Origin: Scyliorhinus canicula
Taxonomy: Eukaryota
Assembly: GCF_902713615.1 (NCBI RefSeq)
Contig: NC_052176.1
Location: forward strand, 11,670,243-11,734,242
Direction of reading: 5' to 3'
Length of the DNA: 64,000 nt
Positions 37,460-49,762 of this stretch are shown here, in pieces. Below the pieces are notes generated by a model, which saw only the letters and a program-made list of their open reading frames with translations, was not told the origin of the DNA and did no database searches. The position numbers and the translations under genes are program-made. The stretch's first letter is position 1. Every line of letters begins with the position of its first letter.

Positions 37460-40253
37460 GTGCTGGGTGCCCCCTGGACAAAGGGAAACCCCGGAGTGCA
37501 TGGGCACGTCCACCAGGTAAGTATGGTTAATCCCACAGGAGCAGGGGTACAATAATCCCCACCAGGATAGTCACCCGGAATGTCAGGGACATAACGGCCC
37601 AGTGAAAAGATCCAGAGTCTTCATCCACCGAAGAAGCATGAGGGCCGACATAGTTATCCTCCAAGACAGACACCCGAGAGACCAGCACAGGCAGCAGGTA
37701 AGGAAGGGCTGGGTGGGACAGACTTACCGTCCCTGCTATGGGATGAGTGCCAGGGGTAGTGATTCTGTTAAAGAACAGGACGATGTTTAAGGCGACAAAG
37801 ACGGTAATGGAACCAAGGGGATGGTCCGTCATGGCTGGATGGCGCAGCGGTAGTAATGTCAATGTGTACGCTCCCAACTGGGACAACGCAAAATGGATTA
37901 AAAAGACCATGGTGGGAATACCCTACATAGCGACGCACCGACTGATCATGGTGGGGGGGTGGGGGGACTTTTACTCTGTGCAGGACCCAAGGACAGAGAG
38001 GTCAAACCCCAGAATGGGGAACATCTTGGAAGATGGAAAAGGAACCCGGTCGCTTCATGGGGCAGATGGGGACAGTGGACCCATGGAGGATCACCCGCCC
38101 AGGGCAGAAGGAGTTCTCCTTCTTCTCCCCAGTCCACTAATATACTCGAGGATTGACTTCTTTGTGGTCGAAAAATGGGTGCTCCCAGGGCTGGTCAAGG
38201 CGGAGTATTCCACAATTGGAATCTCCGACCACGTTCCACATTATATGGACATGAGGTTAGAGACAGGCAGCACCCAACGCCCCACATGGAGGTTGGACAC
38301 TGCCCTACAAGGACTTCAGCGAGAGGGTATCGCAGGCCATAGCGGAGTAGACGACAAACAAGATGGTGGAGGTTTCATCCTCCACGTTCTGGGAGGCGCT
38401 AAAGGCCGTGATTAGAGGGGAAATTGGGCAGAATGGTGCCACAGTGGGTTAGCACTGCAGCCTCACTTACGCCGAGGTCCCAGTGAACCAACTCCGCCAG
38501 GCATGGGGAACCCTACACAAACACGGGGACAAAGCGCGCAAATTAGGGACAACAGAGGCACATTAGAAACAGACCCAAACAAGGTTAACAGGACCTTCGA
38601 AGACTTTGACTGGGGACTGTACACCTCAGATCCCCCAACAGGGGGCTCGGCGATGAAACCGTTCCTTGATAGCCTAGACATGCCAGTCGTGGGGTAGGAC
38701 AGTAAATGGGGCCTGGGAGCACCGCTAGAACTGGGAGAGGACATGGAGAGTATAAGCTCCATGCAGGCGGGGAAGGCAGCCGGACCAGACGGGTTCCTGG
38801 CGGACTTCTATAAAACATTTGCAACAGCACTGGCCCCACACCTGTGGGAGATATTCACAGACTCACTGGCAAGGGGCAGACTGCCACCTATGCCAGCACA
38901 AGCCTCAATCTCGCTAATAGCTAAGAAAGACCCGACTGAATACGATTCATACAGACCCATCTCACTACTGAACGAAGATACAAACAATATTGGCCAAGAT
39001 CCTGGCCAAAAGACGAGAAGACTGCTTACCAGAGGTGGTCGCAGAGGATCAAACGGGCTTTGTCAAAGGTAGACAGCTAACATTGAACATCAGGCGCCTG
39101 CTGAACGTGATCATGACCCCATCCAGGGACAGAGCACCTAAGATAATAGTTTCCCTGGACGCAGAAAAGGCCTTCAATAGAGTCGAGTGGAAGTTCCTTA
39201 TAGAGGTGCAGGAGCGTTTCGGGTTTGGACCAGGGTTCACCTCCTGGGTGAAGCTCCTGTACAACACTCCCATGGCGAGCATATGGAGAAACAACACCAG
39301 CTCCCAGTACTTCCAGCTGCACAAGGGCACCAGGCCTGGATGCCCGCTGTCACTGCTGCTGTCACTCCAGCGATCGAACCATTACAGGTCGCACTCAAAA
39401 CAGCAAAGAACTGGAGGGGGCTCCAAAGAGGAGGCTGAGAGTATGGAGTCTCGCTCTATGCAGGTGACCTGCTCCTCTGCATCTCGGACCCACAAAGCAG
39501 CATGGAAGGAATCATCGCCTCCTGAAAGAGATCGGTGCCGTCTCGGCCGACAAACTCAACATGAGCAAAAGTGAGATTTTCCCGGTGAACCGGCAAGGGG
39601 GAGGGGCAGCACTGGTGGGACTGGCGCTAAAACAAGCCCAACACAAATTCCACTACCTGGGGATCCTAATCGCTCATCACTGGGCGGGGATCCACAAATG
39701 GAACCTGACCAGTCTGGCAGAGGAAGTCAAAAAGGACCTGCAGAGATGGAACACATTCCCACTCTCCCTGGCAGGGGGAAGAGTATCGATGATCAAAATG
39801 AACGTACTGCCCAGATACCTCTTCCAATTTAGATCCATCCCAATCTATATCCCCAAGGCCTTTTTTTAACTCACTGGACAAGTTAAACATGGCGTTTGTA
39901 TGTGGGGAAAGAATGCTAGAATCACAAAGAAGGTCGTAAAGTGCTAGCCCTCCCAAACCTTCAATTCTAACCCTGGGCAGCGATAGCGGAAAGAGAGATG
40001 GGATGGACAAAGGAGACAGAAGCTGAGTGGATGTGCGCAGAGGAGGCCCCCTCAAGGGGACCTCCCTCCGGGCCCTCGCCACGGCGGCTTTCCCATCCCC
40101 GCCCAAGAAACACTCCAGCAGCCCAATGGTGATAGCCACCCTCCAGACGTGGAACCAACTGCGGCAGCAATTCGGGCTGACCAAAATATCTGACAAAGCC
40201 CCATGTGCAATAACCGCAGGTTCACACCAGCACTCACCGACGCCACCTTCAAA

Positions 40254-40806
40254 AGGTGGAGACAGGATGGGGAGGACATTGACAGTCAGGGACCTATACA
40301 CTGACGGTAGGTGGAGACAGGATGGGGAGGACACTGACAGTCAGGGACCTATACACTGACGGTAGGTGGAGACAGGATGGGGAGGACATTGACAGTCAGG
40401 GACCTATACACTGACGGTAGGTGGAGACAGGATGGGGAGGACACTGACAGTCAGGGACCTATACACTGACGGTAGGTGGAGACAGGATGGGGAGGACATT
40501 GACAGTCAGGGACCTATACACTGACGGTAGGTGGAGACAGGATGGGGAGGACACTGACAGTCAGGGACCTATACACTGACGGTAGGTGGAGACAGGATGG
40601 GGAGGACACTGACAGTCAGGGACCTATACACTGACGGTAGGTGGAGACAGGATGGGGAGGACACTGACAGTCAGGGACCTATACACTGACGGTAGGTGGA
40701 GACAGGATGGGGAGGACACTGACAGTCAGGGACCTATACACTGACGGTAGGTGGAGACAGGATGGGGAGGACATTGACAGTCAGGGACCTATACACTGAC
40801 GGTAGG
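40254..40806. repeat. 55-bp tandem repeat, 10 units, inside L1 ORF2
   Basis: aggtggagacaggatggggaggaca(c/t)tgacagtcagggacctatacactgacggt; starts at 40254, 40309 ... 40749. Confidence 0.98.
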
Positions 40807-41812
40807 ATCACATCACTGGAAGAACTGATGCAGAGATTCCAACTAGCTAAAGACAACAAACTCAGATACCTGCAGCTTAAAACCTTCCTCCGGAAGGAGA
40901 CAAGGACATACCCGCGACCACCATGACAGACACTATTAGAAGAGCTACTGGACGCAGACATCCTAGGCAGAAGGAACTGTAGAGACATGTACGAACAACA
41001 GCTAGAGAGAACCGACACCGAACTGGACACGACAAGGAGGAAATGGGAGGCAGGCTTGGGTTCGAAATAGACTAGGGATTCTGGAGCGGAGCACTGCACA
41101 GGGTCAACTCTCCCTCCACATGCCTGAGGCTCAACCTGACGCAGCTAAAAGTGGTACATAGGGCCCAGTTGACCAGAACCCGAATGAGCAGATTCTTCCC
41201 AGAGGTGGAGGATAGATGTGAACGGTGCCAAGGAGGCCCAGCCAACCATGCCCACATGATCTAGTCTTGCTCCAGACTTGGTGGGTACTGAACAGCCTTC
41301 TTCGAGGCAATGTCCAAGCTGTTGGGGAAGAGGGTAGGGCCATGCCCGAAAGTGGCGGCCTTCGGGGTATCAGACCAGCCAGATCTCTTCATGGGCAGGA
41401 GGGCGGGTGCCCGTGCCTCCCTGATCGCCCGCCGTAGAATCCTGCTCGGCTGGCGATCAGCAGCACCACCTAAAGCTGCAGACTTGCTTTCGCAATTTCT
41501 CCCAATGGAGAAAATCTAATTCACCATCTGTGGGTCGGGAGAGAGCTTCCACAAAACATGGGAGCCATTCACCCGACTGTTCCGAGACCTGTTTGTGGCC
41601 AACACATGAATAAATAGCGAATAGCCAGGGAGAAATAGCCGGGACGAGACAGGCAGAGGAAAGCGAGGGAGGACCTGGGGGTTGGGGGGGAGCAAGGTGA
41701 TGTCACAAAACCCAGCAAGAAAGAATGGGGGCAGCAGTGAAGAAGGGGGGGCAGCAAGGTGGAAGATGAAAAAAGGGGAGCCAGAAGGGGGAACAGATAA
41801 GGAAACAATAAC

Positions 41813-42495
41813 GGGGGTGGGGGGGGAGGGGGTCAGGGAGAGGGGAGCTGGGCGGGGGTGCGGGTCAGGGAGAGGGGAGTTGGGTGGGGGGGATCAGGCA
41901 GAGGGGTGCTGAGCGGGGGGGGGGGGGGTGAGGGAGAGGGGAGCTGGGCGGTGGGGAGGGGGTCAGGGAGAGGGGAGTTGGGTGGGGGGGATCAGGCAGA
42001 GGGGTGCTGAGCGGGGGGGGGGGTGGGGGAGAGGGGAGCTGGGCGGTGGGGAAGGGGTCAGGGAGAGGGGAGTTGGGTGGGGGGGATCAGGCAGAGGGGT
42101 GCTGAGCGGGGGGGGGGGTGAGGGAGAGGGGAGCTGGGCGGGGGGGGATGAGGGAGAGGGGAGCTGGGCGGTGGGGAGGGGGTCAGGGAGAGGGGAGTTG
42201 GGTGGGGGGGATCAGGCAGAGGGGTGCTGAGCGGGGGGGGGTGAGGGAGAGGGGAGCTGGGCGGGGGGGGGTGAGGGAGAGGGGAGCTGGGCGGTGGGGA
42301 GGGGGTCAGGGAGAGGGGAGTTGGGTGGGGGGGATCAGGCAGAGGGGTGCTGAGCGGGGGGGGGTGAGGGAGAGGGGAGCTGGGCGGTGGGGAGGGGGTC
42401 AGGGAGAGGGGAGTTGGGTGGGGGGGGATCAGGCAGAGGGGTGCTGAGCGGGAGGGGGGGGTGAGGGAGAGGGGAGTTGGGTGGGGGGGGGGAAT
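41813..42495 (+). repeat. G-rich composite tandem repeat (G-quadruplex-prone)
   Basis: Recurring gggagaggggag(c/t)tggg and gggatcaggcagaggggtgctgagcggggg modules. Confidence 0.9.
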
Positions 42496-43289
42496 AGGGA
42501 GGATTGTTTGCTGAGCAGACAATGACAGACTGTTATTAGAGAAACCTGAGAAGAAGCCTTTGTGTTCTGTACAATAAATGAAAACAAACGGCAATGTATC
42601 TAATTTAAAAAATGCCGGAAAAAAGATTTTTTAGGAAGAAGTGTGTAAAAATAGAGGGGTGCGCACAACAAGAAAGTGTGTAAACTCCTCTGCCACCCTG
42701 CATATCCCTGATCCTGGTCACCCCGGCATCCACAGCCCCCCACTCCGCCAGCCACCGGAATGGATATTGGCGGAGATGCAGTTTGCTGAGCAGCGGCTCC
42801 CTTACGATAGCAACTGCTCCTGACGGGGGAGAGCTGCGGCACGTGGCGACCATGTTCCAGACTTTGAGACGGTCCTGGTACAAGACGGGCAGTGCCAACA
42901 AAGAATTCTGAAGACCTTGCTGGCCAACAAACAGTAGTTGCAGGTCGTAGTTCAGGCCGTGGAACTGGCGGAAGAAATACGTCCCCAGGGCACACCATCG
43001 TCGAGGAGGTTCAAAGTACAGATATCACTGCAGAGTCTGAAGGGGGAAAGTCGCAATGTGGATGCGAAGGCACACCAGCGCCTGACCGCCCTCCGCTATT
43101 GGGACACTCAAGACCTCTGCAGGGACCCAGTGCAATCCATTGTCCCAGGAGAACCGAATCAGAGTTCTCTGGATGCGTGTGACAAAGTCAGGGGGAGGGT
43201 TCAAAGTGACCAGCCGGTACCACAGCATGGAGGCTATCAGCTGGTTTATGATGAGAACTCGACCCCTGTAGGACAGCACTGTATACAGT

Positions 43290-43773
43290 CAAGTACCGAA
43301 ACACATCTTCACCTACACACACCTCAATATTTATTACCTGAACACATACTTTTTTAAAAAAGGGGGGAGATATCATTAAATACAACCATGTATATGATGG
43401 AGTGCAGACAGGCAGTGATTGACACACAGGATGACCAGTAAGCACACAGAACAAAGCAGCCAATCACCAGACAGGACACAACCATTATAAAGCCAGAGGG
43501 CACCAGTTTTCCCGCTCTCTCGGGATCCAGTCTCTGAGACAGTCAGAGCTCGTGAGCAGCAGCCAGTGCAAACACCATGTGGTAGTCAGTTAGTCTGGTC
43601 AGGCTAGCCTCAGGTCTCCAGTCAAGTCAGCATAGTGTCAACCCACAGTTAAGCATGTAATATAGTTAGATGGTAAATAACATCGTGTTGCATCTCATCA
43701 AGTGTTGGAAGCCCGTCTCTCCCTACACTGCATCAAACACAGTCCACATAGACCCAGCTTACCCAACACATCA
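43290..43773 (+). mobile_element. LTR retrotransposon 3' end: polypurine tract plus ~400 bp LTR
   Basis: aaaaaggggggaga directly followed by ta(tg)...ca (43371-43773) containing ccaat and tataaa; interrupts Tx1 ORF2. Confidence 0.65.
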
Positions 43774-44164
43774 ACCGGGGTCAGTGAACATGATCATCAG
43801 CGGAAGCCGAAAGGACCACCGCCAGGCTCGGCTCACGCAGAACCAGCCTCGGCAACCTCCTCCACAGGAGGCACAGGACCACCGCCAGGCTCGGCTCACG
43901 CAGAACCAGCCTCGGCAACCTCCTCCGCAGGAGGCACAGGAAAGGCTCCACGCAAAGAGAATAAAGTTGGCCGGACAAGGGGCAGCCCTGACGCACTCCT
44001 CTCCCAAAGTTAACGGGTGCCGTCAGGGACCCGTTAACATTAATCAGACACTCCGAGGCAGCGTACAGTAATCGGATCCGGGCGACCAAGTACTCGTGCC
44101 CCATCCTGTCGAACGCCTTCTCCTGGTCAAGAGGCAGGAAGGCGCTCAACATACCAGTCCTCTG

Positions 44165-44554
44165 GGGGCAGCATGGGGGGCAGGGGGGTAGCATGGGGCA
44201 GCAGGGTAGCATGGGGCAGCAGGGTAGCATGGTGGTTAGCATAAATGCTTCACAGCTCCCGGGTCCCAGGTTCGGTTCCCGGCTGGGTCACTGTCTGTGC
44301 GGAGTCTGCACGTCCTCCCCCTGTGTGCGTGGGTTTCCTCCGGGTGCTCCGGTTTCCTCCCACAGTCCAAAGATGTGCGGGTTAGGTGGATTGGCCATGC
44401 TAAATTGCCCGTAGTGTCCTAATAAAAGTAAGGTTAAGGGGGGGGGGGGTTGTTGGATTACGGGTATAGGGTGAATACGTGGGTTGAGTAGGGTGATCAT
44501 GGCTCGGCACAACATTGAGGGCCGAAGGGCCTGTTCTGTGTTGTACTGTTCTAT
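44165..44554 (+). mobile_element. HE1-type SINE with tandemly repeated 5' end, inside Tx1 ORF2
   Basis: gggcagcagggtagcatg repeated, then full SINE body and ttctat tail. Confidence 0.9.
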
Positions 44555-47500
44555 TTCCTGGACCACATGGATATTATCGTAAATGGTGCAGTTCAGGACG
44601 GTGTAGGACTGGTCAGGGTGGATCATGTGGTCCAGCATAGGGTAGAGGCGCAAAAATATGACCTTGGCAAATATTTAGTAGTCTGGGCTGAGGAGGGAGA
44701 CCGGTCTCCAGTTTTTAAGTTGGCGGAGATCCCCCTTCTTGGGCGGCAGGGCAATAACGGCCCTGCGCCATGAAACGGGCATCTCCCCGGTAGCGATACA
44801 TTCCCCCAGGACCCCAGCGTAGTCGCTCCCCAGGATGTCCCAGAACACCCTGAAGAACTCCACGGTCAGCCCGTCCAGCCCTGGGGTCTTGCCCCTTGAC
44901 AAGCTGTCGAGGGCACGGGTCAGCTCTTGAAGATTGATGGTATGTTCGAGCCTCCAGACGCCGTCCGGGCCGACCTGAGGCAGGTCCTCCCACAGAACTC
45001 TGCAAACGTCCTCGCTGCACGGATCCGGAGTAAAGAGGTCAGAATAAAAGTCCCTGATTAGGGTCCTGACCCCCTCCGGATCCGAGACGAGGGACCGTCG
45101 TCGCCCAGCAGTGAAGGAATCTGCTGATGGGCCCCGCGTCCTCTTTCCAGCGAGTAGAAGAAGGGGGAGCCGCAGTCCATGTCTGCCAAGAGATGGATCC
45201 ACGACCTCATGTACGCGCCATGGGACCCGACAAGTTCCAGGTTCCGCAGCGTGCCCCTCTACTCGCTGTACACCAGGCCCAGGGCCGGGTCCTCATCGGG
45301 ATCAGCCAGACGTGATTCCAGGTGGAAGACTGCTTCAGCCAATTTGGCGATCGTGGATTTCCGCCACGCCGTTGACCCCTTCGTGTCCCTCTGACAGAAG
45401 GCGTGGACGTGAGTCTTGCCCACGTCCCACCACAGCCTCAAGGAGGGGAAGCCATCCCGCTTCTTTCTCCAGCCGGCCCAGAAACGGAGAAACGAGTCCA
45501 GGAACCGCTCGTTGTCCAGCAGCGTGTTGTTAAAGTGCAAGTACGCGGACCGTGCCTGAGCGCGGGATGGGCCGAGCCCCGCCCACACCAGGTGATGATC
45601 CGAGCACGGCACCAGCTCCAGAGATGCCGTCGGAACGCTGGGCGAGTACATCCTAGAAATGTAAAGACGATCGATTCTGGGCGCTCCGAACAGAGGGCCC
45701 ACAAATGTGTACAATGCGATTCAGGACGGAGAGTTTGCCAGACGTCCACCAAGTCGAAGGACCTGACCAGGTCCCTTAACCTGACCACCGCCTACGTGCT
45801 GCGCTGGACTCTACCACAGTCCTTGTCCTGGAGGATGCAACTGGAATCCCCTCCAAGGACGATGCACTCGCCCACAGGGATGGTGCCAAGAAGAGTGGAC
45901 CCTTTGTCAAAGAAAGCCGTCTGCTGCAGCCCGGCCAGGGGAGTGTATACATTCACAAAGTGAAGCACCACGTCCCTGTCGCGGATCGTTAAATGCAACA
46001 GACGGCCAGGCACTGGCTCCTTGATCCTCAAGGTCCCTGTCTGAAAATGTGGAGCCAACAGGATAGTCCACCCCGCCCGAACGTGGGGCCAAGTGACTCA
46101 TGCAGTCTCCTTCTTGCCACTCCAGGGTCCACTTAGCTTCGTCCCCCGGAATGGCGAGGGTTTCTTGCAGGAAGCACACCCCGTACTTTCCGCCCTGGAG
46201 GACAGAGAAGCATTGGAAACGGTGATGCGTGTCCGTGCTGCCGTGGATGTTGAGGCTGGCTATGGTTACCTCCATGTCAGTTGTAGAGTGTGTCCTTCAC
46301 CAATCAGCCATAACTCAGTGCTCAGAGGAAATAGAGGGTTGTTGCCCCCTCCACTCCCTCAGGAGCCCCGCGAGGAACAGAACAGCTTGGCGCTGCTCCC
46401 CTTGGTCTGGGTCAATCCAACCCCCAGGATCGGCCTCAGGCGGGTTCCTCACAGGCTCCCCACCTGGATTCAGAGTCAGTGGACGGTGGCGGCTCCGACC
46501 CGGCCTCCACTGTCGATGCCAGGCCCTCGGAGAGACCCGGGAACAGCTCCAGGATGGATCCTGGGCTCGTTGGCATCGTCTGCGTGGGCCTTGTGAGTGG
46601 GGAACCTTCCTCGCCGTCGCCCGCCCACAACCTGAAGATATCGGGGCTCTGGTGGCTGCTGCCAGCCCCCAGCGATGAAGAAAAGGAGGTGACCGGGGAG
46701 TAAAACTACACAGGGCGGAACGAGCACTCGGGGGTCAGGTCTCCGCCCGCCCCCCGGGCCTCCCTGGTTGGGGGACGATGGCAGCTCGGGTGCCTCAGCG
46801 GCCTTGGAGGCTGCCTTGGCCTTCTTTTTAATGGTGCTGGACGTCAGTATGATGGGAATAAACCCAGGAGATACCCGGCCCCGCTCGCCTGGGGAGGGGG
46901 TAGCGAGATCCACCACCTCCTCCAGCCCGGGCCGGCGGTGCTTGTGGGGGGGCAGGCTGATCTTACTGTGGGGCCTCCCCTCTCCCCCCCTCCCCCAGCC
47001 CCCCTCCCCCCCCCCCCCCCAATCGCCCAGCCCCTGGGACTGTGGTGAGGCTGGAACAGCCTCCAGCTCGGGGCCGTACCCAGGGTCCCCACCGCCCTCC
47101 GGACCCCGTGTGTTGGTCTCTCCGGGCCCCTCATGTTGTTGTGAGGCGGTGGCGGTATCCCGAGGTGAGGCTGCAGCCTCTGAGTTGGTTGGGACGGGCA
47201 CGGGGTCAGTACTCGTGATGGGGCCAAGGTGTGGATGGGCCCGGTCCGACCGTCACACCGTCTTCCCTTTGGCCTTTTTATGCTGCCTCTTGGCTAGCGG
47301 AGGCTCCCCCACCCCCTGCCAGCAGCTACGGTGTTGTTAGGGGCCGGCTGCTGGGCAGACAAAGAGGTGGTAGAGTAGAGGGGGGCAGTGCCAGCCACGG
47401 CCGTCCTGGAGATGGTGTTGGCAGCAGCCGTCAGGGTGGGGCAGTTCCGGCCCAGCCCTCTGTAAGCATGGCACCGCATGCCATCCACAGACCAGATCTC

Positions 47501-48309
47501 TTAATGGTCCTTCCCTTGGTGGGGAACCACAAACCCTCCCTCTGTGACCTTCTCCCGGGTAAGGCGGGTAAAAGCCTGATGCCGGAAGGAGTATACTTGA
47601 CGGAGGGAAGGGTCCCGGCAGGCCGAGTGTCAGAGGTGCCACCCCGGACCTGACCTCCCCCAGGAAGTTGAGATAGAGGAGGAGGAGCTCAGTGGGGAGG
47701 TAGGATGGGACATTGACACGTTCAGCGGTGGCTTCCAGCGGGTCCACCGCCATGTGTCCCACCCACTGTGAACCCCCTTCCAGGACACGGTGGGCCGCCT
47801 GCTCGGCACGCAGGAAAAACACGGCCTTGCCATACATCGTAGAAGCGGCTACGATGGCCAAGGGGCCGACGACCCCGGCCATCACACGAGTGCACGCCTC
47901 GATGGTCATGGTGGGATGGGCATAACATTTGACCCCAAGTTGCCGCGTTAGTAGGCGGAATGGTGAGGGGGCCGCGGAGGGTCGAGAGGCTGTTGCCCCC
48001 ACACAGGTTCTTGGCCGCCCTGCCCCCGGCAGAGTGGAGGATGCCCCTGAGGTACTGGCTATGCCCACCCTTGGTATGGCACAACCATGTAACTGAAATC
48101 AGGGTACTAGGGGAAGGCACCACAACAGCAGGTGTCACAGGGCAGCAGCAGATAGTCACTGTAAGCCGGGCAGCGTTCTTCAGCCCCGGAGTGGCCTAAA
48201 GCAAAGTGGCAGCTGCCACACACCCACCACAGGGGGTGAAAAAGGGGGGGGCGGACTGCGCTCTTCAGCCCTGTGAGGGCCCAAGGCAAAGTCCTTTGTC
48301 TTCACAGCA

Positions 48310-48845
48310 GCTCCAGGCGGACCCACTCCCACCTCACTCAGAGGGGCGGGAGGGCAGGGTCTTCACCCCGGGATGGGGAACTGCACCAGGCCCCAGGCGG
48401 TCCCGGTCCCACCTCACTCAGAGGGGCGGGAGGGCAGAGAGCAGGGTCTTCACCCCGGGATGGGGAACAGCACCAGGCCCCAGGCGGTCCCGGTCCCACC
48501 TCGGGCACCAGGATGGGAGAACAGAGGGCAGGGTCTTCACCCCGGGAGGGGGGCAGAACCAGGCCCCAGGCGGTCCCGGTCCCACCTCACTCAGAGGGGC
48601 AGGAGGGCAGAGGGCAGGGCCTTCACCCCGGGAGGGGGAACAGCACCAGGCCCCAGGCGGTCCCGGTCCCACCTCACTCAGAGGGGCGGGAGGACAGAGG
48701 GCAGGGTCTTCACCCCGGGAGGGGGGCAGCACCAGGCCCCAGGCGGTCCCGGTCCCACCTCGGGCACCGGGATGGGAGGGCAGAGGGCAGGGTCTTCACC
48801 CTGGGAGGGGGGCAGCACCAGGCCCCAGGTGGTCCCACTCTCACC
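48310..48845. repeat. ~86-bp GC-rich tandem repeat, 6 units, in the Tx1 5'UTR
   Basis: acctc anchors at 48331, 48411, 48498, 48584, 48671, 48757. Confidence 0.92.
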
Positions 48846-48896
48846 TTCAGCAGCAAAGCAGCAGCTCCACTCCCGCAACTCTGAGACACTGTGTGA

Positions 48897-49072
48897 GTGT
48901 GTGTGTGGGTGCAAGTGACCCTGCTCCCCAGGGCTCAACTAATCACCTTTGTAGCTGTGTGTTTGTCCCAATGAGATATTCAATTTGCAGCCATTGCCTG
49001 CAGCTTGTTTGTTATTACACTGCCATTCAGCCCCTCAAACTCACACTTTCTGCAAACTACCATTTCACTGAC
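48897..49072 (-). repeat. Element E copy 4 (inverted, cut at its AC tract)
   Basis: Reverse complement matches 11325-11502. Confidence 0.9.
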
Positions 49073-49344
49073 TCACTTCAATTTCACCCCTTTAATATTT
49101 GAAATTGAATTTGGTTTGTACACGATTCTGGTTCACACAGTCCGCTGGTTGATACATTTCAGTGGCTTTAGAGAATTGTCTTGTCTTGGACAGTCCCCTG
49201 GTTTGAAGCACTCCCCTGATTTCCACACTCCCTGTTTTACCCACACCACTGATTTACTCACTCCCCTGGTTTCCAATTTGTAATTGAATATGATTTGAAC
49301 ACTCCGCTGGTTTACACAGTTAGCTGAGTCTACACGTTCTCCCT

Positions 49345-49762
49345 ATGTTTCCTCCGGGTGCTCCGGATTCCTCCCACAGTCCAAAGATCTGCAGGTTATG
49401 TGGAATGGCAATGTTAAATTTTCCTTAGTGTCCAAAAAAGGTGAGGGAAGGTTTCCGGGGAGAGGGTGGTGTGGGGATAGGGTTGAGGTGTGGGCTTCGG
49501 CAGTTGGGGGGGCTGGTTTAGCACAGTGGGCTACGCAGCTGGCTTGTAATGCAGAACAAGGCCAGCAGCGCGGGTTCAATTCCTGTACCGGCCTCCCCGA
49601 ACAGGCGCCGGAATCTAGCGACTGGGGCTTTTCACAGTAACTTCACAGAAGCCTACTTGTGACAATAAGCTATTATTATTAGTATGCTCTTTCCAAGGGC
49701 CATTGCAGACTCGATGGGCTGAATGGCCGCCTTCTGCACTGCAGATTCTATGAAATCTATGA
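49345..49762 (+). mobile_element. HE1-type SINE 3' part with a nested short SINE at 49506-49680
   Basis: HE1 body interrupted by ggggctggtttagcacag...ttattatt. Confidence 0.85.

Larger units (their letters stand above)
37460..42610 (+). mobile_element. L1-clade LINE ORF2 and 3'UTR, decayed
   Basis: NVYAPN, YSRIDFF, ISDH endonuclease motifs; GPDGF, YRPISLLN, SLDAEKAF, GTRPGCPLS RT motifs; G-rich 3'UTR with aataaa. Confidence 0.92.
42680..48890 (-). mobile_element. Tx1-clade LINE, 5'-intact, 3'-truncated, decayed
   Basis: ORF1 GVKCYAHP...IVAASTMYGKAVFFL; ORF2 from 46275 MEVTIASLNIHG...FLQET; SDH; KTPGLDGLTVEFF, NWRPVSLL, DQEKAFDR, GVRQGCPLSG, SADD. Confidence 0.9.

Noticed and set aside
48206-49102. 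298-aa Gly/Arg/Pro-rich ORF
   Set aside because: Translation of the ~86-bp GC-rich tandem repeat, antisense to the Tx1 5'UTR
49506-49600. tRNA gene
   Set aside because: A and B boxes belong to a SINE head with a non-tRNA body and tail; several decayed copies are in the window
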